Source: an uncultured Actinomycetota bacterium
GTDB taxonomy: Bacteria > Actinomycetota > Actinomycetes > Mycobacteriales > Micromonosporaceae
Assembly (NCBI GenBank): GCA_963797605.1
Contig: CAWCPX010000009.1
Span: 867,950 to 931,949, forward strand
DNA length: 64,000 bases
Direction of reading: 5' to 3'
The position numbers were made by a program, and so were the translations under genes. This document shows, piece after piece, positions 35,356 through 44,966 of the stretch. The number at the start of each line of letters is the position of its first letter. The first letter of the stretch is position 1. Under the pieces are notes generated by a model that did no database searches, had not been told where the DNA came from, and worked only from the letters and a program-made list of their open reading frames with translations.

Positions 35356-36241
35356 GGCGAGCGTCCCGTCTCTGCAGCAGGTAGGCGATGATGAGCACCA
35401 CGGCGCTGGCGGCCAGCAGGACGGTCGCGATCGCGGCGGCCTGCTGCGTGGACCTGGTCGCGTTATCGGCGTCCTGCAGCTTGCCGTAGATGACCGACGA
35501 CGCGATCTCCGTCTTGAACGGCAGGTTGCTGGAGATGAGCACGAGCGATCCGTACTCGCCGAGCGCCCTGGCGAAGGAGAGGATCGCGCCGGAGACGATC
35601 GCCGGCGCGAGTTGCGGCAGCGTGATGCGGCGGAAGGTGACCAGCGGGCTCGCACCGAGCGACGCGGCGGCCTCTTCGACGTCACGGTCGAGCGCGATGA
35701 GGACTGGCTGCACCGTGCGCACGGTGAACGGCAGCGTGACGAACAGCAGCGTGACGAGCAGACCGGTGCGGGTGCCGACCAGGGTGATGCCGATCGGACT
35801 GTTCGCGTTGTAGAGCGTGAGCATCACCAGGCCCGCCACGATGGTCGGCAGCGCGAACGGGATATCGATGACCAGTTCGAGGATGCCGGCGCCGGGGAAC
35901 TTCGCGCGCACGAGCACCCACGCGACCAGTGCGCCCATGACGGCGTTGATGACCGCGACCGCGGCCGACAGGCCGATCGTCAGTTTCAGCGCGGACGCTG
36001 TCTCGGGGCTGGTGATGGCGTCGGTGAAGGCGCTGAGGCCGCCGCCGAACGCCTTGCCGACCACGGCAGCCAGCGGAATCGCGATGATGAGGCTCATCCA
36101 GACGACGATGATGCCGAGGGTGGTGCCGGACGCACCGCGTAGCGGCAGCCCCCCACGGTGCCGCCGTCGTCGGGACGGCCGAGCGGCCCCGGTGGTGACC
36201 TGTGCGGTCACGACCGGAGCCGCGTCGACGTCAAGTGCCAT
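35348..36241 (-). CDS. cysT: sulfate ABC transporter permease CysT
   Basis: 297 aa. EAA-loop region EEAAASLGASPLVTFRRITLPQLAP and six TM segments. Confidence 0.85.
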   Translation of the reverse strand: MALDVDAAPVVTAQVTTGAARPSRRRRHRGGLPLRGASGTTLGIIVVWMSLIIAIPLAAVVGKAFGGGLSAFTDAITSPETASALKLTIGLSAAVAVINAVMGALVAWVLVRAKFPGAGILELVIDIPFALPTIVAGLVMLTLYNANSPIGITLVGTRTGLLVTLLFVTLPFTVRTVQPVLIALDRDVEEAAASLGASPLVTFRRITLPQLAPAIVSGAILSFARALGEYGSLVLISSNLPFKTEIASSVIYGKLQDADNATRSTQQAAAIATVLLAASAVVLIIAYLLQRRDARRG

Positions 36242-36247
36242 GGTGCG

Positions 36248-37360
36248 TCAGCTGGACCCTTCGATCTTGGTGACGATGCCGTCTGCCGAGAAGAACTTAT
36301 CGTTGACCGCGCTCCAGCCGCCCAATTGGTCGATCGTGGCGATTTTCTGCGGGTTCGGGAACGGGTTGTTCGGGTCGTTGGCGCCGCTGACCGCACCGGG
36401 AGTGACTCCGGCGATGATCGGGCGGAAACCCGTCTGCGCGAAGACGGTCTGGCCGGCTGTGCTTTGCACGTAGTTGAGGAAGTTCGTGGCGGACGGCGAG
36501 GCCCCGATCGTCACAGCGGCCGGGTTCTCGATCAGGAAGCTCTGCGCCGGGACGATGTAGTCCAGCGACTGGCCGGCCTGGCGAGCGTCGATCGCCTCGT
36601 CTTCGTAGGAGATCAGGACATCGCCGGTGCCGGAGGTGAATTGCGTGGTGGCGACGGCGCCGCTGGAAGCCCGGACGACGACGTTCTTGAAGAACTTCGA
36701 CAGGTAGTCCGAGGCCTGGTCATCGGTGCCGCCGTTGAGCAGCACGTGCTCGTACGCGGCGAGGATGTTCCATTTCGCGGAACCGGAGGTGGCCGGGTCC
36801 GGCGTGACGATCTTGACGCCCGCCTTGGTCAGGTCGTCCCATCCGCAGATGTGCTTCGGGTTGCCCTTGCGGACGGCGATTACGACGACCGAATCGGAGA
36901 CGATGCCCTTGTTCGGGGCCGAGTCCCAACCCGCGGCGACCTTCGTCGGCACGAGTTTCTTCAGGTCGGATCCGACCGAGAAGCCCACGTAGTCGGCCTT
37001 CTGGCCGGCCAGGACGTTCTTGCTCTGGGTGCCACTCGGACCGTAGGAGGCCTGGAACTTCACGCCCGAGCCGGCCGGCGTCGCCTGGAAGGCGGTCGTC
37101 AGCTTGTCGTACGCGGGCTTGGGCACCGAGTACGCGACGATGTTGACCGTGCCGCCGGCACTGGTCGTCGGGGCAGCCGCGGTCGGGGCCGCCGTAGTGG
37201 GCGACCAGCTTCCCGACGTCGTGACGGGGCAGGCGAACGGCTTGCCGTCGCTCGACGCGTCGGACGCAGCCGACGAGGAGCAACCCGCCAATCCGGCGGC
37301 GACCACGCTCGTGGCGGCCAGCAACACGCCGAACCGTGCTCGGCGGCTGAGAATATTCAC
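36248..37360 (-). CDS. sulfate/thiosulfate ABC transporter substrate-binding lipoprotein
   Basis: GTG behind GGAGG. Lipobox LAGC. VNIVAYSVPKPAYD...SGSAKWNILAAY... is the Sbp/CysP family pattern. Confidence 0.85.
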   Translation of the reverse strand: MNILSRRARFGVLLAATSVVAAGLAGCSSSAASDASSDGKPFACPVTTSGSWSPTTAAPTAAAPTTSAGGTVNIVAYSVPKPAYDKLTTAFQATPAGSGVKFQASYGPSGTQSKNVLAGQKADYVGFSVGSDLKKLVPTKVAAGWDSAPNKGIVSDSVVVIAVRKGNPKHICGWDDLTKAGVKIVTPDPATSGSAKWNILAAYEHVLLNGGTDDQASDYLSKFFKNVVVRASSGAVATTQFTSGTGDVLISYEDEAIDARQAGQSLDYIVPAQSFLIENPAAVTIGASPSATNFLNYVQSTAGQTVFAQTGFRPIIAGVTPGAVSGANDPNNPFPNPQKIATIDQLGGWSAVNDKFFSADGIVTKIEGSS

Positions 37361-37413
37361 GGACGAACCTCCATTGATCTGACGTACCCATGGATCAGAA
37401 AGTGTTGGGTTGG

Positions 37414-38400
37414 CTATCGCGTTGACTGCAGTGTCTGCTGCGATGGAATACGGACCGCGTCCGGACGCGCGGCGAGGTGCACGATGGCGTCTGTGCGCAG
37501 GCCCAGGTCGTCGGCTTGATCGCGGGTCACCTGCGCCCAGACCTCATCGCCGGACCCTTCGACGGTCATCTCGACGCGCACCTCGAAACCCATGCGCACG
37601 ACGCGACGGATCCGGGCGGCGACCGAACCCGGGTGCGGTTCGAGGGAGAACGCGATGTCGTGTGGACGGACGAGCTGCCCGCCGACGCTGGTGACCGCGC
37701 CGACGAATCCCATCACGAACGAGTTCGCCGGGTGCTCGTAGATCTCGGCCGGTGAGCCCACCTGCACCACCTGGCCGCCGGCGAGGACGACGATCCGGTC
37801 GGCGACGTCCATCGCCTCTTCCTGGTCGTGCGTGACGAAGACCGTGGTGACGTGGACCTCGTCGTGGAGCCGCCGCAACCAGGTGCGGAGCTCCTTGCGG
37901 ACCTGCGCATCGAGCGCGCCGAACGGCTCGTCGAGCAGCAGCACCTCGGGTTCGACCGCGAGGGCTCGCGCGAGCGCCATGCGCTGTCGCTGGCCGCCGG
38001 AGAGCTGTTGCGGGTAGCGACCGGCTAACTGCTCGAGATGCACGAGTTCGAGGAGCTCGTTGACGCGCTTGCGGATCTCGGGCTTGGACTTCTTGCGGAT
38101 CTCTAGACCGAAGGCGACGTTCTTGAACACCGTCATGTTCCGGAACGCCGCGTAGTGCTGGAAGACGAACCCGACGTTGCGCCGCTGCGGCGACAGCCGG
38201 GTGGCATCGACGCCGGAGATCAGCACGGTGCCCTGATCAGGCACTTCCAGCCCGGCGATGACACGCAGCAACGTGGACTTGCCGCCGCCGCTCGGGCCGA
38301 GCAACGCCGTCAACGAACCGTCGGGGACGGTGACCGAGACGTCGTTGAGCACCGGCGTGGCGCCGAATGACTTGTGGACGCCCAGGACCTCGATAGCCAT
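37414..38400 (-). CDS. cysA: sulfate/thiosulfate import ATP-binding protein CysA
   Basis: ATG 38400 ([13 protein letters not shown]). Walker [10 protein letters not shown], signature LSGGQRQR, Walker B LLLDEP and a TOBE-like C-terminus. Confidence 0.9.
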   Translation of the reverse strand: MAIEVLGVHKSFGATPVLNDVSVTVPDGSLTALLGPSGGGKSTLLRVIAGLEVPDQGTVLISGVDATRLSPQRRNVGFVFQHYAAFRNMTVFKNVAFGLEIRKKSKPEIRKRVNELLELVHLEQLAGRYPQQLSGGQRQRMALARALAVEPEVLLLDEPFGALDAQVRKELRTWLRRLHDEVHVTTVFVTHDQEEAMDVADRIVVLAGGQVVQVGSPAEIYEHPANSFVMGFVGAVTSVGGQLVRPHDIAFSLEPHPGSVAARIRRVVRMGFEVRVEMTVEGSGDEVWAQVTRDQADDLGLRTDAIVHLAARPDAVRIPSQQTLQSTR

Positions 38401-38466
38401 GCGCTCCCCCTTCCGTTCGCCGCGCAAGCTGAGTGTTCCTTATATTGTCGATGTGTTTAGTAGGGA

Positions 38467-38494
38467 ATCTTACCGACGCGGGAGCGCGTGTCAA
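38467..38494 (-). promoter_or_regulatory. candidate promoter of the cysA operon
   Basis: Minus strand TTGACA-N16-TAAGAT, immediately followed by TCCCTACTA, about 65 nt upstream of the cysA ATG, in an AT-rich stretch. Confidence 0.45.
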
Positions 38495-38562
38495 TATGGC
38501 CGCACGGCCCTCGCGCCGAAGATGCGGGCGGCCGGCGACGCCGGGTTACCTGACGCCGTCGT

Positions 38563-39630
38563 TCAGCCGGCGGGCGACCAGCCCAACGCCGGTGCCACGG
38601 TCCGCGCCAGGTCGGTCAGCAGGCGTACGTTCTCCCCCAGCCCGAACGCCGGCGGCAGGAACAGCACCAGCTCATCGGCGACCGCCAACCCCGGATCGGC
38701 CAGGACGGCCTCGGCGACGGCCTCCGGGTCACCGTGGTAGACCGGGCTCATCACGATCCCCTCGGGCAGGTCGGCCGACAGCGTCGGCGCCAATGCGCCC
38801 TTCGGCCGGGAGGCGGCCGGCCCCTGGGTCCGGCGTTCGAGATCGTAGGCGGCGTACGTCGCGCGCAGTTCGGCCGTCGGGCCCGGTAGCACCGAGGCGG
38901 CCACGGCCACGGGCGGCGGTTCGGTGCCGTGGGTGACGTTCCAGGCCTCACGGTACGCGCCGACCAGCCGGGCCTGGTGTTCCGGGAACGACACGCCGAC
39001 GGGTACGTCGTGCAGGATCGTGCCGGTGACGAGCCGCAGGCCCTGTCGCGCCGCTGTCGTCGCGGAGGCGATACTGCCCGACCCGTACCAGATGCGGTCC
39101 CGCAGGCCAGGGCTGTGCGGGGTCACCCTCAGCTCGGTCCCGACCGGCGGACCGCCAATGCCCCGACGCTCGGTGACCGTGTGAATGGTCTCGCCCGCGA
39201 CTCCGGCCAGGAACCGGGCGAGCCGCCGCTGACCCTCGGTGCGGGCATCGGTGTCGACGGCGCCGAAGACCTCGTCCCAGACGTCCGTGCCGCTGGAAAA
39301 GGCCAGCTGTAGCCGTCCACCGGTGAGCAGATCGGCAGTACCGGCGGCCTCCGCGAGCAGGATCGGCTCCTGAAAACGCGCCGGGATGACGGCACTGCCC
39401 AGGGTGATCCGCGACGTGTGCTGACCGGCGGCGGCGAAGAACGGGATCGGCGAGGACAGGTAGTTGTCGAAATGCCGCTGGTACGCCCATCCCGACTGGT
39501 ATCCCAGTGCCTCCGCGGTCCGGAAGAGTTCGATGCCGTCCCGCAGGCCCCGGGCAGCTTCGCCGGCCGGGAACGACACCCGGGTGTTGAAGCCGAGCCT
39601 TCTTTTCGGCCTGGCCGCCTGGGCCGTCAT
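38563..39630 (-). CDS. LLM-class flavin-dependent oxidoreductase (intact)
   Basis: 355 aa. AEALGYQSGWAYQRHF... The start overlaps the ABC ATPase stop as ATGA. Confidence 0.8.
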   Translation of the reverse strand: MTAQAARPKRRLGFNTRVSFPAGEAARGLRDGIELFRTAEALGYQSGWAYQRHFDNYLSSPIPFFAAAGQHTSRITLGSAVIPARFQEPILLAEAAGTADLLTGGRLQLAFSSGTDVWDEVFGAVDTDARTEGQRRLARFLAGVAGETIHTVTERRGIGGPPVGTELRVTPHSPGLRDRIWYGSGSIASATTAARQGLRLVTGTILHDVPVGVSFPEHQARLVGAYREAWNVTHGTEPPPVAVAASVLPGPTAELRATYAAYDLERRTQGPAASRPKGALAPTLSADLPEGIVMSPVYHGDPEAVAEAVLADPGLAVADELVLFLPPAFGLGENVRLLTDLARTVAPALGWSPAG

Positions 39631-41297
39631 CCGATCCCCCGAGCGATGCGCCGGCCGGGGATGGCGTCGATCAACTCGCGCGTGTAGGGGCTCTGTGGGT
39701 TCGTGAAGACCTCCGCCACCGGCCCCTGTTCGACCACCCGGCCGCGGCTCATGACCGACACCGTGTGCGATATCTCGGCGACGACAGCCAGGTCGTGCGA
39801 GACGAACAGGTACGACAGGCCGAGCTGTGCCTGCAGGTCGGTGAGCAATCGGAGGATCTGCTCCTGGACCAGCACGTCGAGTGCCGAGACCGGCTCGTCC
39901 AGCATGATCAGGTCCGGCCGCAACGCCAGTGCGCGGGCGATCGCGACCCGTTGCCGCTGGCCGCCGGACAACTCGTGCGGCAGACGGTCGAGGTAGGCGG
40001 CGGGAAGAGCAACCTGGTCGAGCAGTTCGCGGGCACGTGCTTGCCGGCTCGTGCGGTCACCGATCCGGAAGGCGACCAGCGGCTCGGTGATCGACTGCCC
40101 GATGGTGAACTTCGGATCCAGGGTCGCGAACGGGTCCTGGTGCACGATCTGGGCCTTGCGGCGGAGCGGGCGCAGCTCGCGCCACGACAGACCGCCGATC
40201 TCCGTACCGTCGAGCACAATGGACCCGCTGGTCGATGTCTCCAGACCGAGCGCGATGCGCAGGGTCGTCGTCTTGCCGGAGCCGGATTCGCCGACGAGCG
40301 CGTGTGTCTGACCGCGCGGCACCGTGACGGTGATGCCGTCGAGGGCGTTGAAGCCCCGCTGGCCGCGACGGGAGTCGTTGACCGCGAACGTCTTGCTGAC
40401 GTCGGTCAGGGTGAGGATCGGCTGGGGCACCGGCTGCTCGCGGACGTCGAATCGCGGCACGACGCCGCCACTGCCGGCAAGGCCGGGCGCGGCCGCGATG
40501 AGGCGGCGGGTGTAGTCCACTCGCGGCGCGGTCAGGATGGTGTGCGGGTCGCCTTCCTCGACCTTGCGACCGTGTTGCATGACCACGATCCGATCGGCCC
40601 GGTCGGCGGCGATGGCCAGGTCGTGCGTGACGATCAGCAGCGAGATGCCACGATCACGCACCAGGTCGCCGAGGTGGTCGAGGATCTTGCCCTGCACTGT
40701 GACGTCGAGGGCGCTGGTCGGTTCGTCCGCGATGATCAGCTTCGGCCGGCCGGCCAGCGCGATCGCGATGAGGACACGCTGCCGTAGGCCGCCGGACAGC
40801 TCATGCGGGTACTGGCCGGCGCGCAGTCCGGGATCGGGCACCCCGGCCTGTTCGAGGAACTCTGTCACCTCGGCGTCCGCCTGCGGGCCGGTGACGCCAC
40901 GCAGCTTGACCGCCTCGGCGATCTGCGCCCCGATCCGTTTCGTGGGATTGAGGCTCACCATCGGGTCCTGCGGAATCAGGCTGACGACCGAGCCGCGCAG
41001 TGTACGCAGAACCCGTTCCTTCGCCCCGGCCGTCTCGGTGCCGTCGACGATCGCCGAACCGGCGGTGATGCGCCCGTTCGCCGGGAGGAGTCCGATGATC
41101 GCGTTGGCGATCGTGGTTTTGCCGGAGCCCGACTCCCCCACGATTGCGACGACCTCAGCCGGGTTGACGGTGAGGTCGAGGCCGACGACCGCTGGATGCA
41201 CCGAGCGCCGCCGGATATAGCCGACGTCGAGGCCCCGGATCTCGACGAGCGCGGGCGTCTCGGGTGTGCGTGCGCGTTCGGGGAGGATGGCGGTCAT
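39627..41297 (-). CDS. ABC transporter ATP-binding protein, fused double cassette (Dpp/Opp D-F type)
   Basis: ATG 41297. Two Walker A motifs (GESGSGKTT twice) and two signatures ([16 protein letters not shown]). Confidence 0.9.
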   Translation of the reverse strand: MTAILPERARTPETPALVEIRGLDVGYIRRRSVHPAVVGLDLTVNPAEVVAIVGESGSGKTTIANAIIGLLPANGRITAGSAIVDGTETAGAKERVLRTLRGSVVSLIPQDPMVSLNPTKRIGAQIAEAVKLRGVTGPQADAEVTEFLEQAGVPDPGLRAGQYPHELSGGLRQRVLIAIALAGRPKLIIADEPTSALDVTVQGKILDHLGDLVRDRGISLLIVTHDLAIAADRADRIVVMQHGRKVEEGDPHTILTAPRVDYTRRLIAAAPGLAGSGGVVPRFDVREQPVPQPILTLTDVSKTFAVNDSRRGQRGFNALDGITVTVPRGQTHALVGESGSGKTTTLRIALGLETSTSGSIVLDGTEIGGLSWRELRPLRRKAQIVHQDPFATLDPKFTIGQSITEPLVAFRIGDRTSRQARARELLDQVALPAAYLDRLPHELSGGQRQRVAIARALALRPDLIMLDEPVSALDVLVQEQILRLLTDLQAQLGLSYLFVSHDLAVVAEISHTVSVMSRGRVVEQGPVAEVFTNPQSPYTRELIDAIPGRRIARGIG

Positions 41298-42208
41298 CGC
41301 TCGAGCTCCTGCAGGGTTTTGGAGATGTGGTTGAGGCTGAGCACGAGCAGCGCGACGAACAGGCCCGGCAGCAGGCTCAGCCACCACGCCGTGATCAGGT
41401 AGTCGCGGCCGTCGGCGATGAGCGTGCCCCACTCAGCGGCCGGCGGCGCGGCGCCGAAGCCGAGGAAGCTCAGCGACGCGATCGCGATGATGGCCACGCC
41501 GGCGTCGAGGACGGCGAGCACGGCGACCGGCCCCCAGGAGTTCGGGAGGATGTGCCGCAGCAGCACCCGGACCCAGGACGCGCCGCCGGCGCGGGCCGCC
41601 TCGACGTACGGCAGGGTTTTGACGCGGAGCACCTCGGCTCGGGTCGTCCGGGCGAATCCGGGGATGATGCCGACGCCGACGGCCAGCGCGACCGGAAGCG
41701 TGCCGTAGCCGAGGGCGGTCACGATGGACAGGGCCAGGAGCAGGCCTGGGATGGCGAGCAGCACGTCGACGACGCGCATCAGCAACGCGTCCGTGATGCC
41801 GCTGAGAAAGCCCGAGAGCACGCCCAGGCCGAGGCCGGCGACGAGCGCGATAACCAGCGCGATCAGCGTTGCCTTGATGGTGAGCGCGGACCCGTAGAGC
41901 ACACGCGTCCACAGATCCCGGCCGTAGTTGTCCGTGCCGAACAGGTGGTGCAGGCTCGGGGACAGCATCGCCGTCCGCGGGTGCGTGTCGTACGGGCCGG
42001 CCGAGGTGAACCCGCTTGGCCAGAACGCCGACACGATCACGAACAGCACGTAGAGCACCGCGATCAGGAACACCGGCTTGCGTACCAGTGCCGCGATCTG
42101 TGCTCGTAGGTTGAGCCACCGGCCGCCGGCGTCCTCGACATCGACCGGCACGTCCGCACCGACCGTGCGTACGCGGGTCGCGACGTGCTCGGATACCTCG
42201 ACGGTCAT
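41294..42208 (-). CDS. ABC transporter permease (DppC/OppC type)
   Basis: 304 aa with the binding-protein-dependent transport motif YVEAARAGGASWVRVLLRHILPN. Confidence 0.9.
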   Translation of the reverse strand: MTVEVSEHVATRVRTVGADVPVDVEDAGGRWLNLRAQIAALVRKPVFLIAVLYVLFVIVSAFWPSGFTSAGPYDTHPRTAMLSPSLHHLFGTDNYGRDLWTRVLYGSALTIKATLIALVIALVAGLGLGVLSGFLSGITDALLMRVVDVLLAIPGLLLALSIVTALGYGTLPVALAVGVGIIPGFARTTRAEVLRVKTLPYVEAARAGGASWVRVLLRHILPNSWGPVAVLAVLDAGVAIIAIASLSFLGFGAAPPAAEWGTLIADGRDYLITAWWLSLLPGLFVALLVLSLNHISKTLQELER

Positions 42209-43194
42209 ATCGCACTCACCTCCGGGGGCGCCGCCGGCAACCGCACCTTCCCGCCGCCGGTGTGGGATATCCGCGGGTCCAGTAACGGATAGAGCAGGTC
42301 GACGACGAGGTTGACGAACACGAAGATCGCGGCGGCGATGGTGACCACGGCGAGCACGACCGGCACGTCCTGCGACAGCACCGACTCTTGCGCGAGTTTG
42401 CCGAGACCTTCCCGGGTGAAGACCGTCTCCACGACGATCGAGCTGGTCACGGTCAGGCCGACGATGACACCGAGGATGGTCATGGCCGGCAGTGCCGCGT
42501 TGCGGAACGCGTGCCGCAGGTGCGTCGCCGAACGCGACAGGCCCTTGGCCCGCGCGGTGACGATGTACGACTGCCGCAGCGTCTCATCGAAGCTCTTGAT
42601 GAGCACCTGCGCCAGAATCGACGAGGTGAGCAGCGAGATCGTGATGACCGGCATGGCCAGCGAAGCGGGGCCCTGGGTGCCGGTGGCGGGGAACCATCCG
42701 AGCTGGAAGGAGAAGAACTGAATGAGGAACAGCGCCACGAAGAACTGCGGGAACGAGGCGCCGAGCGCGGGAAGGCGGGTGAGGAAGATCCGCAGCGGGT
42801 TCCACCGTGCGAACGTGGCGATGTAGGCCAGTGCCGAGCCGGCTAGCAGGGAGACGATGGCGGCGACGACGCTGAGCAGCAGTGTCTGGCCGATCCGTTG
42901 GCCGATGAGCTGGCTGACGGGCACTCCCTGGATGAGCGACGTGCCGAAGTCGCCGTGCAACGCGCCGACGAGGTGATGCCAGTACTGCGTCCAGATCGAC
43001 TGGTCGAGGCCGAATCTGTGCTTCGTGGCGGCCAGTTGTGCCGCCGTCAGGCTGTCCTCCTGCACGCCGGCCGCCGCCAGTTGCAGCTGCATCGGGTCGC
43101 TGGGCAGCAGATAGAGGATCGCGAAGGTGAGCGTGAACGCCGCCCAGAGGACGACGACCGCTTGCGCCACGCGACCGGCGATGTACCGGATCAT
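42205..43194 (-). CDS. ABC transporter permease (DppB/OppB type)
   Basis: ATG 43194 (MIRYIAGRVAQAVVVLW...). SYIVTARAKGLSRSATHLRHAFRNA. Confidence 0.9.
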   Translation of the reverse strand: MIRYIAGRVAQAVVVLWAAFTLTFAILYLLPSDPMQLQLAAAGVQEDSLTAAQLAATKHRFGLDQSIWTQYWHHLVGALHGDFGTSLIQGVPVSQLIGQRIGQTLLLSVVAAIVSLLAGSALAYIATFARWNPLRIFLTRLPALGASFPQFFVALFLIQFFSFQLGWFPATGTQGPASLAMPVITISLLTSSILAQVLIKSFDETLRQSYIVTARAKGLSRSATHLRHAFRNAALPAMTILGVIVGLTVTSSIVVETVFTREGLGKLAQESVLSQDVPVVLAVVTIAAAIFVFVNLVVDLLYPLLDPRISHTGGGKVRLPAAPPEVSAI

Positions 43195-43258
43195 GCGCTC
43201 CGCCTTTCTCAAAGCGGTCCGCCCCGCACCGGGGTTCCGATGCGGGGCGGCCCGTCGG

Positions 43259-44935
43259 TCAGCTCTTCCAGACGTCGTTGAGCTTGAGGAAGCTCTCGGA
43301 CGTGAACGCCAATCCGTGGACGTGGCTGTTGACGCCGGCTTCCTGCACCCGCTCGAACAGCGGGAACACGACACCCTGATCGATCAGGTAGTCCTGCAGG
43401 TCGGCGTACGCCTGCGTGGTCTGGCTCGCGTCGGTGGTCTGGATCGCCTTCTTGAAGAGGCCCTGGATGTGCGCGATGACGTCGGGTGCGGCCGAGCGGC
43501 CGGCGAGCGCCTTCGAGTTCGCGACGTCCGGGTTGATGATGTACTGCAGCGCGCCGGGGTCGGCCCGGGTGAAGTAGTTCGCGGTCAGGTCGTAGCTGCC
43601 GTCGGGCAGGTAGGTCGCCTGCTGGGCCGGCGTCAGGGTGCGCAGGGCCAGGTTGATGCCGACCTGCTTCAGCTGTGCCTGCAGCAGTTCCGCACCGTCG
43701 CTGAACTGGGTGACGGGGTAGTCGAGCGTCAGCTCCTGGCCATTCTTGTAGCGGTAGCCGCCCTTGCCGATGCTCCAGCCGTCCGTTTGCAGGATCTGCT
43801 CGGCGCCGGTCGGGTTGTAGGCGAGCTTCGCCGACTCCGATTTGAAGCCCGGCGTGGTCGAGTCGAACACGCTCTGCACCACCGGGTAATCGGGGCCGAA
43901 GACGGTCGACGCGTACGTCTTGAGGTCGATCGCCTGGTAGAGCGCCTGGCGGACCTGCGGGTCGTTCAGCGGGTGGCCCACGCTCGTGTTCGCGAACTGC
44001 GTGTAGGAGACGCCGGGAAGTGGACGCTTGGCGACGGTGTCCCCGGACTTCTCGATCAGCTTCTCGTCCTGTGGTGAGAACGGGTTGCGGGGCCAGGCGA
44101 TGTCGATTGCCCCGCTGACCAGGTTGCCCGTCCGCACGCTGTCTTCGGCCACGTAGTTGAAGACGACCTTATCGAGGTACGCCTCACCCCGGTTGGTCTC
44201 CAGGGAGGATGCCCACTGGTAGCCCTTGCGTTTGGTGAGGACGGTCTCGACCTTCGGCGTGTAGTGGTCGAGCACGAACAGGCCGGAGCCGATGACACCC
44301 TTGCCGAGGCACCGGTCGGTCGGCTGCTCCTGGTACTCGGTCGGGTCGGTGATGGCGAGGTTCGTGGTCGACGTCGCCTGCAGGAACGACGAGTTCGGCT
44401 GGCTGAGGTGAAACGCCACCGTGGTCGGGTCGACGACGGTGGCACCGGTCAGGCCCTGGACGTACGAGGATCCGTAGGCGGTGCCGTTGGTCGCTTTCAC
44501 GGTGTCGATCCAGCCTTGGGCGTCCGTGGCGACGGCCTGGGCGTCGAGTTTGTCGCCGTTGCTGAAGGTGACGCGGTCGCGAAGGTGGAACGTGTACGTC
44601 AGGCCGTCGGGGCTGATCTGCCAACCGGTGGCGAGCCAGGGCACGATCTTGCCGGTCGCCGGGTCCTGGTCGGTGAGCGAGTCGGCGAAGTTACGGATGA
44701 TCGTGCGGCTTTCGATCCAGTACACCTGGAACGGGTCGATGCACGAGAACGTCGGGTTGTCCGGGAAGAAGGACACTTTCAGGGTGCCGCCGTGCTGTGG
44801 TGTTCCGTTACCGGCCGAACCGGCGTCCGCTTTGCCGCTGTTGCAGCCGGCGAGGGCGATGAGGGCGGAGGCGGCGACGGCGGCGACCGCGGAACGGCGC
44901 CACAGGCGAGGTCTAGGGGGTCTGAGCGTGGTCAT
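43259..44935 (-). CDS. ABC transporter substrate-binding lipoprotein, peptide/nickel family 5
   Basis: ATG 44935. Lipobox LAGC. GGTLKVSFFPDNP...TFSNGDKLDAQAV is the SBP_bac_5 pattern. Confidence 0.9.
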   Translation of the reverse strand: MTTLRPPRPRLWRRSAVAAVAASALIALAGCNSGKADAGSAGNGTPQHGGTLKVSFFPDNPTFSCIDPFQVYWIESRTIIRNFADSLTDQDPATGKIVPWLATGWQISPDGLTYTFHLRDRVTFSNGDKLDAQAVATDAQGWIDTVKATNGTAYGSSYVQGLTGATVVDPTTVAFHLSQPNSSFLQATSTTNLAITDPTEYQEQPTDRCLGKGVIGSGLFVLDHYTPKVETVLTKRKGYQWASSLETNRGEAYLDKVVFNYVAEDSVRTGNLVSGAIDIAWPRNPFSPQDEKLIEKSGDTVAKRPLPGVSYTQFANTSVGHPLNDPQVRQALYQAIDLKTYASTVFGPDYPVVQSVFDSTTPGFKSESAKLAYNPTGAEQILQTDGWSIGKGGYRYKNGQELTLDYPVTQFSDGAELLQAQLKQVGINLALRTLTPAQQATYLPDGSYDLTANYFTRADPGALQYIINPDVANSKALAGRSAAPDVIAHIQGLFKKAIQTTDASQTTQAYADLQDYLIDQGVVFPLFERVQEAGVNSHVHGLAFTSESFLKLNDVWKS

Positions 44936-44966
44936 GGCTTTTCCTTCGGGAAGGTCGGAGGATGGA

